Below are positions 23,796-36,836 of a DNA stretch of 38,659 nt, in pieces. A model generated the notes under the pieces. It ran no database searches and was not told the DNA's origin. It saw nothing but the letters and a program-made list of their open reading frames with translations. The first letter of the stretch is position 1, and each line of letters opens with the position of its first letter. The position numbers and the translations under genes were made by a program. Source of the stretch: Octopus bimaculoides (taxonomy: Eukaryota); contig NC_068995.1 in the NCBI RefSeq assembly GCF_001194135.2, positions 40,514,194 through 40,552,852 of the forward strand, written 5' to 3'.

Positions 23796-24576
23796 GGTTA
23801 AGAGATCTTTTATCATGCATTTATGTATAAACTAACATTTGTACTTACCGGATGTATAACAGTAAAGCAAAAAAAAAAAAATCTCTTAGAATACCAAATT
23901 ATGAATATTTTATATAAATATCAAATTTCTGTCTCCAATCTATAATAATACGAATATTTAATAGCAAAACCAGGATGGTGTTTTTTTCTTCACATAGAAT
24001 AAATTAATAAAATCTAAGTAAACACTTCAATCTGTAACAACTCCCACTTCAGAAAAACAAAGAGAAACAAGAGAAAACTATGTCAACAACAGTGCTGTTC
24101 CGAAACTAACAATTAAATAGAACACAATTATATAAATAAGTAAAATTAGGACGGTACATCTCTATAATTTATACAAATGTGAACCCTAAACACCTTCAAA
24201 TGATATCCTAAACCATAACCTTAAAGTTTAATCTTAAATCCGAATCCTAAAATCTAAAATCTAACCGTAAGTCATTTTTTTTTTTTTTTTGGTGGGGGGT
24301 TGTAATCTCCTATGTTTAATACATAGAAGTCATTTTTAAAAATGGTAAAAATGTCAGAAATGGCAAAGTTATGATTGACTGTAGCCCGAAAGGGAAACAT
24401 GAGGAACCTCAACTGTATGTGCTTTTGTGCAACCAGCCTTGTTCCATCGAGCGTTCTTCTAAGTTGATTAACCGGAATAATTTCTTCGTTTCAGCCTGTG
24501 ACAAATACAACCAACTAGACATATTTGGCGGAACGAAACTTTTAGCTATTGGTTTGTAATCCTGCTTAATCACCGT

Positions 24577-24631
<55 letters not shown>

Positions 24632-24941
24632 TCTCTTCACGTGCATGTGTGTGCGTGTATGCATGAATAAACATACACTCACAGAACTTTATGGTATTCT
24701 TTGAATTGCAAATTCTGTATCAACTTCTTGCAAACACCAATCACTTCCATTCCTATGTACACACTTGATTAATCTCATTTTTAATTAAAACTATTAGTAA
24801 ATTTCTGATGAGAATTTATCGAAGTACACTTTGTGAATCTCTAAGCAGTTGCTAGTTTTCTCTTCCTCTTTCCTTTCTCTCCTTTTCTCTTATACGCTTG
24901 TATTCAACTCACATTTTATGTGTGCGTGTGTATACATATAG

Positions 24942-25003
<62 letters not shown>

Positions 25004-25544
25004 TAAAGTAGAGAATGAAAAGGCAAGGCATTTGGCATCACTCGAAATGCATTTAAATTAAATAGAGAATATAAACATAGTACAGAATAGTTAGGATAAA
25101 AAGTTTGAGTTCCTTACAGCTGTTTCTAGAATATCCCATCATGTTGATCATGGTATTGAGTAAGGATTCCATAAGCTAAGTATACTGTCGTCGGAGAAAG
25201 AAGTCAGAAAACATAGACATGAAGAATCAACCCAATCGAGGATTTTAGTACTTTCCAGTTTGCTGAAAAATGAATGAAGGATCAGAATGAAAAGTATATG
25301 CGTTTCGTAGTTCCATGTTCAAATAAATAGTGAAATTATAGTTAAAGGTACATTACCAATTTCGCTTAAGGAGAGACCACTTCTAGCCACCTTTGATAAG
25401 CATTTTCAGTACTTCATTTTTCAATTGCAGTTCAAGACCAGAATTTTAGAGGTAAAACAAACTGGGCTCTCATAAAACATGTACGTACCTATTACATTAC
25501 GTTAGTTGATGAAGACTCCTCGTATAATCTCTCTCTCTCTCTCT

Positions 25545-25596
<52 letters not shown>

Positions 25597-25619
25597 TTAT
25601 GTATGTATGTATGTATATA

Positions 25620-25836
25620 CAAGGGGTGCTGAAAAGTTCCTAAATGTGGGTAAAAGAAAATGCAAGAGGATCAATTAATTATGATTTTATTCAACATAAT
25701 CCTATCTCAGATTCACTCCCTTATTGCAGCGATGTTTCAGTTTTTCTAATCTCGGTAGAAGAACTCGGAAGTTTGAGCCTCTAACCAGGTCCTTCGCGAT
25801 TCCCTTAAAGCAAGAAACTTTTCAGCACTCCTTGCG
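25620..25836. mobile_element. Mariner-type MITE (~215 bp) in TA context
   Basis: TIRs caaggggtgctgaaaagttcct (25620) and agaaacttttcagcactccttgcg (25813-36), each flanked by TA. Confidence 0.85.
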
Positions 25837-26051
25837 TATATATATATAAAGGTAAGATCGAAGGATCAATGTGTAGGAAATTAGTAAGCTTCGAACAGTC
25901 TGAAGAACAACTTTCAGAAACAGTAGCGGTTTATTGACGTAGAAGCGTATAAATTTTTTCCTATATCGAAGTTCGATAAGCTGAAAAAATTGCTTTATAA
26001 TTTACGGTTAGCAGCTAGTGTTGCTGTGTATATATAAGGTATATAGGTCAA

Positions 26052-26057
<6 letters not shown>

Positions 26058-26092
<35 letters not shown>

Positions 26093-26479
26093 ACACATAC
26101 ACACATACGCACGCACGTACTCACACATACACACGCACATACATACATACATACATACATACATGCATGCATGCATGCATACATACATACATACATACAT
26201 ACATACATACATACATACATGCGTATACACACACTCGCTTACGTATGTGCGTGTGGCACGCCTAAATATTTTGTTTCGGTAACAAGTAGAGTCTGATTAA
26301 GGAAATAGCTTCCTTCTGCCGATGTTATTAATTTGTGACGAAAATATATAACGATAGTGGTAGCATTGATTCTATATGTGGATAAGTGTATACATGGATG
26401 TATACCGATGCAAATGGAAATTGATGTGTGTGTGCATGTGTATGCATGCGTGTATGTATGTGTTTGTGTGGGTGTGAGC

Positions 26480-26568
<89 letters not shown>
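26058..26568. repeat. Cluster of (CA)n, (CATA)n, (TG)n and (GA)n microsatellites
   Basis: Direct reading of 26058-26222 and 26425-26568. Confidence 0.9.
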
Positions 26569-26569
<1 letters not shown>

Positions 26570-27316
26570 ATGATTCATTTGTATAAGTTTGTGAGATGAG
26601 TGTCGAATCTTAAGTGCCCAAGTGTATATATGTCTAGAAAGTTCAGCTTTGCTTTTCGCATGATGTTTAAATGGAATGTCTTCGATTATGCAAGGGAGCT
26701 GCTTTCAATATTACTTCACACTGAATGAATACGAAATGAATACAGAAGTTATTTAACACTCAATGACAAGACTTGGATGTCTTTATGAAGGAGAAATAGA
26801 TTTTACGAGCCAGCACTCGGCTGTACCAAACAGAATTGCATTGCAGCATAAAATTAATTTTGTTGTCATCAGATGTAATACAATTAGAAACAGCGCTGCT
26901 ATGCAAATTATCCAAGCATAAAGTTGAGCAATAGTTTGTTTTATTAAACTGTTTATGTTATCGTTGCCCAACGGTTTTTGAGTTCAAATATTAACGGTGG
27001 CACTCGTGGTTTTTGCTTTTCGTTTAGCATTTTGTGTATGTTTGATTAGTACCATCAACACTGTCCCTCTTTCTTTCCCTTTCTATCTTCTCCTTTCTCT
27101 CTCCCCCTCTCTCTCTCTACATACAGGCGTAAGCGATCATGAACCTTCCATGGACCTTTCGTTTTAAAATTCATGTCTTATTTGAGTAAACATACAACAA
27201 CGGTTGCCCGTTGCCTTCTGCTGGTTTATTCTGATAGTCTCTTGCTCCCACTTACCCTTGAGGCGCAGGGACTACTCAATCCCTCAGCAGGTTAGAATGG
27301 TCCACATAACATCAGT

Positions 27317-27414
27317 GAAGGCACATGGCTCAGTGGTTAGAGCATCGGGTTCATAATCATGAGGTAGTGAGTTCGATTTCCGGACCGGATTGTGTTCTTG
27401 AGAAAGACACTTTA
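27317..27414 (+). mobile_element. tRNA-derived head of a further SINE family (D), truncated
   Basis: tggctcagtggttagagc A box, gagttcgatttcc B box, then tgtgttcttgagaaagacacttta. Confidence 0.7.
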
Positions 27415-30003
27415 TTGGACAAAGAAAATAGAGCCGATGTTCTCATACATGTTTTTCACAGCTCGGTTAACTATTAAAACATGATCTTGTGTGTCTTCCC
27501 CAGTGACACAACCAACCGCCTGTACTGGATTTGAACATAAAGCCGATGAACTTCCTCGTCCATTATTCAGCCGGCTTGTCTTTAATGTTCCAAGCTGGGC
27601 ATTTTTACAGTTTTAAAAACTAAAAATTATCTTCAGGAAGTGTCTTTTTATATACCATCGGATTGACCAAACCTTGTGAATAAAATTGAATGACGGAAAC
27701 TGCGTGGAATCCTGTCCGACGGACTATACCTTTAATTCAAAATTCCACCTTTTCACACACGGTGTAACGCTGATTCTAATTAATAATTATGTTAAGCGTA
27801 TTTGGGTGTTTATATATTCGGGTCTGTGGAACACTCGGAAATTTACCCGTTAATTTAATAAACAGGTCGTCCAATGGGTCTGACAACCGAATACACATCT
27901 TCGAAACCGCGCGCGTGTCAGTACATATGTCAGTACATATGTAGGTGTGCACATATGTGTATGTACATATATAGGCACAAAGAATATTCCAATCTTTCCA
28001 TATGTAAGGAAGAGAAAGAATAGAGAGGTAATAAGAAAACTCTGTAGACCAACGGGTAATTCATGGTAAATTCTCCCCTCCGGGGTCTATTTTTATTCTT
28101 ACCCAAAATATCGTTACTCGAGTATTTTCTTATCACCCACGTATTTCATACAGATGCCCAAAAACTGGATATCTTCTGTGTCATACTCACCAGTTTCAGG
28201 AGAGTTAGCATAGCTCATGCGCTTTGCCCATCCATCACGACTAGTCATTTTTTTAAAAAGGGAGCAGGAAAATGGCGTTTCCTTTCATCTATTTGTAATT
28301 GATGATTCCTTAACAGTTACCAATGTTATTCGTTATTTCATTTACCAGTTCGTTGGATGTTATATGTTTTCATTGGCTGACTTCGCTATTATTTATCTGC
28401 ATTTCGGCTTTTATATCATGTTAGCCTCTGTTTAAAAAAAAAAATGTTTATATGTATATTATTTCTCATTGATCATTTTAGTAGTCGTTCTGTATATGCT
28501 TGTCTGTTCCGTAATCGCATTCTGTTTTCTAAACTGTTTCATGTCTCACTAGGCAGTTAACTTGTGTATCCCTTATCTGTTATCCGGTGCAGTAGTTTTC
28601 TTATTTTGCTTGTATATCATTTTCCAGATCTTGTTGTCTTAAAGTTGATTTTATGAAAATGTTAATCAATCTATCGTTTCCTATTGATCTATTCAGGATC
28701 GTTCAACTTCTACATTCTATAGACTAATCACATCCCGTTTTGCTAGCTATGCAGTATTTTGCTCAGTTTTTCTATTTGTTCATTGCTTATGTAAACAAAC
28801 ATTCGAATCAGCCACCTTTAATTACAAATAGCCTGGACAGCAACATTAGCTGATATATCTCCACAATGTGATCCGACTGTAAAAGTACCCGATGAAGCAA
28901 CACATGGTTCGTCATGTGGCTACGCATCGCTGGAAGGAGGTGTCCCATTCGCGATCCACAACCGAACGGTAATGAGGAATTTCTGCTTTTTCTCCAAAAT
29001 TGTCTGAGCCTATAGAATATTTCAAAGCTTTCCCTAAGAGTTTAAAAACTCAGGAGAGAGAACACAAAAAGGAACCTCTATCAGCCCTGACCTGGTATTA
29101 AATAAAACAACAGCAACATTATAATATACTAACAGTTTCATATTCCGGTTACAAACCGACCAAAACCCAAAGTAAATAATCCAGACTTCTATTGACAGTA
29201 AATGTTCAGCATTCTTGTTGTTGTATACTGTGTGTGTTTGTGTGTATGTATGTTTGTTTGCGTATATCATTGTCTGTCTCATTGCTGTGTGAGTTCATAG
29301 CACATTCCTTAGAATGTGTGTGTATGGATACATATGTGTATATACATACACACATAATACTTGCATATATGTGTGCGTGTGTGTATGTATGTATCATACA
29401 TATGTGTACTCATATAAACTTATATCGCACACACACACATTCACATACACGTGAGATGAGTGCGTGTGTATGTATGTGTGTGTGTGTATGTGTGTATGTA
29501 TGTGTGTGTGCGTACGTGTATGATAAAGTTCATTTTTAAAGGATATGTCCAGCTTCTGCGTCCTTCAACAAGTTTCCTCCTTAATCCATCTTATACTCGG
29601 TCCCAAAATACCACATTTTTATCATTCCAGTTTTCGATCTTTTTGTGTTTAGAAAAGAATTTTCACAGATTTGATTTTATCAGATGAGCATGACATATAG
29701 CAGAATGTCGACATTTGTCTCAGCACCCCCTCTCTCCTTCACCCTCTACCTCCGCGTCTGTCTTTCTGTCTGTCTGTTTCCCGCTTTCCCTCCTTTCCTC
29801 CCCTCCTCGCCTCTAATTTCTCTCTCTTTCTCTCTTTTCCTTATTTGATTATTATGTTAAAGGGTTTAGCTGGTATCTCTCCATCAACTTTAATGTATGA
29901 TTGTGTATCGTAGAGAAATATTTTTGCAGCCTTTCTTATTTGTCTGCACTCCGCCGACCCCTTGAAGCCATAATGAAATGAGCAAACGAAGAATCCTCTA
30001 CGT

Positions 30004-30260
30004 CAGGGGTTCTCAACTACATTTGTTTTTATCTATGGACCCCTTTAATTACTATTTTATTCTGATAGACCCCCATAACCATTCGAAGTTTAAAAACTGG
30101 TTTGATAGATACTTCTTTCAAAATTCCTATTTTCGTTATCAGTCATTCACTTGTGTAGGCTGAACTATGTAAAATGCCAGAGATAGAAACCAAGGTTTTT
30201 CTTGCAATAAACACATCTAATGCAAATTTTTTCCCTGGACCCATAGAATATTGTGGACCC
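30004..30260. mobile_element. hAT (Charlie-like) MITE, partial
   Basis: Starts with caggggttctcaac; collinear with the reverse complement of 35377-35726. Confidence 0.8.
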
Positions 30261-30599
30261 TATTTTGTTCTCTCTCATCCTTTCTCTAATTCTTTTCCTC
30301 TCCCCTTCGCCGTTCTCTGTCTGTCCCACTCTCTCCCTCACTCTTCCTTCTTTGCTCTCTCGTTGCTCGTATGTGACCATCGGTCATCTTTCTTTTCCTC
30401 ACTTGAGTTTCTTTCTTTCCGTCCGATCAGCAGCAGAGATCTGATGCATTCTTGTCTGTCTCCTGTCAAAGCTTGTTCCTCCCGCGTTTGCCACCTCACC
30501 TCGTTGAGGCTTAGCAGCTCTTTCTGTTTGTTTCACTGTCCTGTTTTTGTTACCAATTTTGACCCTCCGCAAAATTCCCAAATTTTATTTAATTTGTTT

Positions 30600-30850
30600 T
30601 GCGGAAGCAACTGTTTTGTCGAAGACGTATCTTGTCGTGAATTGCTTGAAATACGGAGTAAAAACACAGCCGACAATTGGTGAAGGGTCGTTCTTTATGT
30701 TGCTTGTCTTGTTTTCGATTTGTTTCTTTCGTTGTTCGCAAAAAAATGCTCGTATTCTATGTTTACGTATTTCATGTTGTCTACGTTCTATGACGTCCTG
30801 TACCTATATATGCATATATATGTACATATGTATATAAGTATGTACATATA
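30600..30850 (+). repeat. Second copy of the repeat at 2185-2460 (putative Penelope-like terminal repeat)
   Basis: gaaatacggagta...aattggtgaagg...ttctttatgttgcttg...gtctacgttc...gtcctgtacctatatatgc. Confidence 0.5.
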
Positions 30851-31259
30851 TGTATGCATATATGCCTATAAATATAAATATAATATTTATATTATATGAT
30901 TGAACGCCACACATCCATTTCCAAGTAAGTATATGTGTGTGTGTGTGGGGGGGGTGCGTGTGTATGCATGCGAGTGTGTGCGTGTGTGTGTATGTGCGTA
31001 TGTATGTGTGTGTAAATGCGTATGTATGCATATATTGATATATATGTTTATATATAAATCCGCACGCACACATTTATGTATATAGAAACAGTTGTTTATG
31101 TATGTATGTATTTATACACACAGATATATAGATACATAACAACATATATACACGTAAATGACCTGGCGGGGGGCGGTTAAACAGAACAATTTCATAAATA
31201 CTTATACATGCATTTTATATATACATACATACATGCGTATATACATTCTCACACACACG

Positions 31260-31291
<32 letters not shown>

Positions 31292-31632
31292 TGCGTGTGT
31301 GTGTGTGTGTGTGCTCATACGCTCGCATCGCCACATAGACATAGAAACCCTGATATTCTTCACAATAGCAACTTTATTTTAAAACATCCATGTTCGCATT
31401 GGGTGGCCCAGCTATATTTCGGGCCACCAGCCTTGCTGTTATTGGAATGTGTAAGAGCTCTCTGAATACCCAGTCCCCACTGCTAACCATCAACACTCTG
31501 GCACCAACTGCACCATCACCACCATCAGTATCACCATCATCAGCATCAACATCACCACCACCACCACCACCACCACCATGTACTGGGCCACCTCAGCAGA
31601 AATTAAGTCAGATTTAATTAATGGCGACATTA

Positions 31633-31686
31633 AGACAACTGATGAGGAATCTGATAACAGATATTCCTAATAACAGTATTTGTGAT
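31633..31686 (+). other. Decayed minimal hammerhead-like motif
   Basis: gacaa-CTGATGA(31639)-stem II ggaat/ctg..cag/attcc-taataa in place of GAAA-cagta-tttgtg. Confidence 0.4.
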
Positions 31687-31726
31687 AACATCCTTAGATC
31701 TGCAATAAGAAATAAATGGTCATGTG

Positions 31727-31792
<66 letters not shown>

Positions 31793-32446
31793 NNNNNNNN
31801 NNNNNNNNNNNNNNNNNNNNNNNNNNNNNNNNNNNNNNNNNNNNNNNNNNNNNNNNNNNNNNNNNNNNNNNNNNNNNNNNNNNNNNNNNNNNNNNNNNNN
31901 NNNNNNNNNNNNNNNNNNNNNNNNNNNNNNNNNNNNNNNNNNNNNNNNNNNNNNNNNNNNNNNNNNNNNNNNNNNNNNNNNNNNNNNNNNNNNNNNNNNN
32001 NNNNNNNNNNNNNNNNNNNNNNNNNNNNNNNNNNNNNNNNNNNNNNNNNNNNNNNNNNNNNNNNNNNNNNNNNNNNNNNNNNNNNNNNNNNNNNNNNNNN
32101 NNNNNNNNNNNNNNNNNNNNNNNNNNNNNNNNNNNNNNNNNNNNNNNNNNNNNNNNNNNNNNNNNNNNNNNNNNNNNNNNNNNNNNNNNNNNNNNNNNNN
32201 NNNNNNNNNNNNNATATATATATATATAAATATATATATAAATATATATATATAAAAATGGAACAAAAACGCAATAGAAGGCATTAAAACGTTTGGACAG
32301 AAAGACGATACAAAGGCCGACAAGAGAAACAACAATTAGAAAAACAGGCAAAAAGAAAATACAAAACGAGCCATTCGTGGATTACTTTCCTCAGTCAAGT
32401 TCCAGAAGTCACGACCATTTCGAGCAATACATATATACATATACAT

Positions 32447-32492
<46 letters not shown>

Positions 32493-33384
32493 TTTTACGT
32501 GTATATGTATATGTGCGTGTACATTCATACATATATACACAGAATACATTTCTATATCGTAATGACGATTGATGTTATTCTAACTGTTGCTTCTATGCAT
32601 TCATCTCTCCTATTTATATAAATTTTTCGTACGCATTTACTTAACAACATATTTCTTTTATACATTTACTTATCTACATTTATTTCTCCTATTTGCTTTA
32701 TATACATTACATATATACATTTACTTATATACATCCATCTCTTTTTGCTTTATATGCATTACATATATACTCTAATATCTCTTCTATTTGCTCTCTAGAC
32801 ATCCTTTATATTTCTCAGTAAAAATATGAAAATTATTTGAAGAAACGTTTGCGAATCTGTGTTAAAATATAAAATTTCCTTCTTTTATGGAAAATTCTTT
32901 TATTTCTTGAAAGTCTTGCCTTTAAATACAAGGAAACGATTGTATGGAATTCTGGAAAATGCATTAAAACCAATATTTTGCATCCTTTATTCATAAACAA
33001 CATTTTTTGGTCTTTCTACAAAGAATTGTTGATTATTTTTACACTCAAAACAGCACCTCCAGCCCACCCCACCTACCGCCGCTATCATCGCCTTTACCAT
33101 TGTTTTGCAATTCGTTTATGCAATGTCGTCATTCGTCGATTACGTGGTATAAAAGAAACCCCCTCCTCCTCTTCATCATCATCATTATACTTCTTCTTCT
33201 AGAAGAAGAAGAAGAACAACAACAACAAAAACAACAACAACAACAACAACAACATCGACNNNNNNNNNNAACATCGACAACAATAAGAGAAACAACATTT
33301 CGTATTTCACAAATGATTTATTCCGAGGCAGATTCATCACTGAACCCCACCAATTCTCGTAACAGTCATGTATATTTCAGCCCA

Positions 33385-33585
33385 ACGGTATTCTAACCTG
33401 CTAGAAATAGATACTAAATCTTTCCTTGAAGCTTATCATACCGTTTCTTCCCGTTTTAATAAAAGAGTCAAGGCACATTGACTAATGTAGTCCAATATGT
33501 ATTGTGCATAGAAAGAGAAGAATGGTCATGGCCCGAACGTCTTGGATCACAGCTCGACCCGAGCACAACAACAACAACCATACCA
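33385..33585 (+). mobile_element. Degraded SINE-like 3' region ending in (AAC)n
   Basis: ctagaaatag..ctaaatc and atggtcatggc...(aac)n; related pieces on the minus strand at about 23095-23155 and 4525-4560. Confidence 0.45.
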
Positions 33586-34013
33586 TTCTCAATGTAGTCC
33601 GAGGGTTAAAATATAATAAACAATAGCATCATTTTCTGATTGCATCTGACATTGATGAAAAAAATGTCAATTAAGAGAAAATAGAAATTTAGACGTTTAT
33701 TATAAAAGCCTCTTGATAAAACTTTTATTTAAATTTGGAAAAACATTAAAACTGACATAGAAAACTCCGAGGAAAACGTCATATTATTGATGCAATTTTT
33801 TTTTTTTCGTTTTGTTTGACAAATTGCTGTAACAATATGGAGGTCAGGTCGGGGGTATGGAAAAGTTAGATGTTGAGCTTAGTCATGAAGCCATGACGTA
33901 TATAAATATAGTAACATGTAAACTATCATGTCGATAGTTCCAGGTATTCAAAAAGCCAGTGAGGACTTCACTGCATTTCTGATCCAGCGACGAATAATGG
34001 AGGGGAGCCTCTC

Positions 34014-34075
34014 TGTAACTAGCTGTAAAACAAATTTCAAATTTCCTTGTGAAATTTGTTTTACAGCTAGTTACA
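34014..34075. other. Perfect 26-bp inverted repeat with a 10-nt loop
   Basis: tgtaactagctgtaaaacaaatttca (34014-39) is the exact reverse complement of tgaaatttgttttacagctagttaca (34050-75). Confidence 0.9.
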
Positions 34076-34108
34076 TAAACATAATATATGCATACAAACA
34101 TATACATC

Positions 34109-34152
<44 letters not shown>

Positions 34153-34293
34153 AATAATAATAATAATATATTGTTTTACAACTAGTCACAAGGAAATTTT
34201 TTTGGATGTTCAAAACCTTTTTTTGGATTTTCTCGTCGCTGATGCGCAACATAAACATAATATATGCATACAAACATATACATGATGATGATG

Positions 34294-34329
<36 letters not shown>

Positions 34330-34508
34330 TAATTATAATATAATACCATACAGAAAATTGCACTACTGGGCACTGCACACATCCTACGCAAAACACTTTC
34401 AATACAGTAACCATAAGAGTATCACAGCAAACCACAGCACATACCCAAGGCACACAGAGCTGCGCTCGGTAGTGAAGTGAAAGCACGTTATAAAAATAAA
34501 ATTACTGA

Positions 34509-34543
<35 letters not shown>

Positions 34544-34548
34544 TATTA

Positions 34549-34723
34549 TAATCCTTTCTATTATAGGCACAAAGAATTTCACTGGTACTTAATATTTATC
34601 GACCCCGAAAGGATGAAAGGCAAAGTCAACACCGGCAGAATTTAAACACAGAACGTAGCGATAGGCGAAATACCTTTAAGCATTTTACTCTGCGAGCTAA
34701 CGATTCTGTCAGTTCGCCGCCTT
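34549..34723 (-). mobile_element. SINE family C embedded in an (AAT)n tract
   Basis: ctggtacttaa..tttatcgaccccgaaaggatgaaaggcaaagtc...gctaacgattctgtcagttcgccgcc; (aat)n on both sides. Confidence 0.85.
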
Positions 34724-34725
34724 AC

Positions 34726-34771
<46 letters not shown>

Positions 34772-35376
34772 GTTTTATTCTTATAAATTTTATTTTTATA
34801 TATTTTTATATTTTAAAAAATTTTAAACTTTAAATTTTTGTAATTTTTTAAATTTACTCAGATTTTAATTTGTTAATTCTTTAATTTTAATTTTAATCCT
34901 TAATGTTTTAATGTTTTTATTTTTTTAATCTTATTCAATTTAATTTAATTTAATTTAATTTAAAATTATATTTGACCTTCAATTTTATTTGGATTTGAAA
35001 ATAATTCTATTTTGATTTCACTTTATTTTGGTTTTAATTACGCATTTCTCCCTTTATCTCAATTCAATATCCAAATATAGCGAAGCTTTCTCAACCTTCC
35101 CATCATAATATAGTTTCTGTTGATTTTTTCATTCACTTTTCGAATACAATTTCCCTCACTATGTGAGAGAACTGTACAAAAACTAATGGATAGTACAAAA
35201 CTAATGGACCATACTGTAACAATCAAACTGGTGAAAGTGATTAAGGAAGCAACAATTTGGGTAGACAAATGTGGTTGTTGAGATGACTAAATATTAACGA
35301 CTAAAGTTGACCATGTGAGTTAGTGGCCTAATATAAAATTTCAACATAATATTTGGATAGTATTTAACATGTAGAC

Positions 35377-35726
35377 CAAGGGTTCTCAACCAGGATCCAC
35401 AAGGCCCCTGAGGGTCCGTTTAAGATTTTTGGCGGTTCACGCAGCAAAATAGTAAATTGTTTACAATAGTATTTTAAGGGCTCCTGAAAAGATGTTGCTT
35501 TAGCTGTATGCATTGATAGGTACTGCAAGAAACAGCTAGGTTTCTTTCTCTAACATTTTACATCGTTCAACGCTACATAAGTTAACGTGTGAAAAAACAA
35601 AATAGGAATTTTCAAAGAAGTTTCTATGAAGCTAGTTCTTAAACATCGAATGGCTATGGGGGTCCACCAGAATAAAATAATAATCATAGGGGTTCCATAG
35701 ATAAAAAAAATGGCAGAGAACCCCTC
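35377..35726. mobile_element. Full-length hAT (Charlie-like) MITE, 350 bp, with 8-bp TSD
   Basis: TIRs caagggttctcaacca and tggcagagaacccctc (12/16); TSD atgtagac (35369-76) and ctgtagac (35727-34), 7/8 identical and similar to the NTCTAGAN Charlie target. Confidence 0.85.
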
Positions 35727-36244
35727 CTGTAGACAGTGCAAATGTTTTCGTGTAGTGATGACCCAATTAAAAGCACTAATGTTTTTATGAATATCCCTTC
35801 CTCAATTTCAGTCATCCTCTGACCCCTTCTTTATTGAAAACCTTCCCACCTCTATTCTCTCTTTTCCTTCTTCTCTTCCTTCCTTTCTCTTCATTCTAGT
35901 CCTTCCTTACCAAATTTTGACTACTTTCCCCCTTTCTTCCTTATCTCTCTTTTAATTAATCACCTTATTCAATTACACTTATTCTTATTGTCTTTCTCCG
36001 CCCGTACCATTCCTTCGGTGTTCTATTTTGTTATAACCAGAAATGACTGACGAAAGCAGCATTAGCTTTCTAGATCGTTTAATTTTTCTCAACCGATCAA
36101 GGGGCCGATTGAGTAAACCTATCAATAACGAACCTATAATGACCACTGGAAACAGCTGTAAGTCAAATTTAGTACAATAACGAAAGATATGTGATGACCA
36201 TTATTTATGACTTGTCTTATATATATATATATACATACAAATAT

Positions 36245-36440
36245 ATATGGGAGAATTTACGAAAAAAATAACAACAGACGAGGACAGGTGGTGTAAACAA
36301 CAAAAGGATGTATTAGTTTAACGCTCGGGAATAGAGAAATTCTTTAACGTTTCGAGCTACGCTCTTTAACAAAAAGAAATAAGGAGAAAAACAAGAAGAA
36401 AAAAAAATTTAATGTAGTGGTCAGCGATCTATCATGAGAC
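36245..36440 (-). repeat. Interspersed repeat containing a minimal hammerhead fold with a mutated core (36341-36376)
   Basis: Minus strand tcttt-TTGTTAA-a-gagc(gta)gctc-GAAA-cgt-t-aaaga: stems I, II and III all pair, but there are three substitutions in CUGANGA. Confidence 0.55.
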
Positions 36441-36444
36441 ACAT

Positions 36445-36836
36445 GTTGTTGTTGGCACTCCGTCGTTTACGACGTCGAGGGTTCCAGTTGATCCGATCAA
36501 CGAAACAGCCTGCTCGTGAAATTAACGTGCAAGTGGCTGAGCACTCCACAGACACGCGTACCCTTAACGTAGTTCTCGCGGATATTCAGCGTGACACAGT
36601 GTGACAAGGCTGACTCTTTGAATTACAGGCACAACAGAAACTGGAAGTAAGAGTGAGAGAAAGTTGTGGTGGAAGAGTACAGCAGGATTCACCACCATCC
36701 CCTGCCGAAGCCACGTGGAGCTTTAGGTGTTTTCGCTCAATAAACACTCTCAATGCCCGGTCTGGGAATCGAAACCGCGACCCTATGACTATCACCGCGA
36801 GTCCGCTGCCCTAACCACTGCGCCATTGCGCTTCCA
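36445..36836 (-). mobile_element. Full-length SINE family B with gacacat TSD
   Basis: Reverse complement is collinear with 3601-3988; gacacat occurs on both flanks. Confidence 0.9.

Noticed and set aside
24180-24270. Degenerate (AACCCT)-like repeats
   Set aside because: Too degenerate and short to call an interstitial telomere or assign to an element
24800-24840. CTGATGAG followed by GAAG
   Set aside because: No GAAA core and no convincing stem I; likely chance
31390-31617. Pro/Ser-rich 75-aa ORF
   Set aside because: Explained by a (CAC/CAT)n low-complexity tract
33250-33280. aacatcgac duplicated either side of a 10-N gap
   Set aside because: Most likely an unmerged contig overlap, not a TSD
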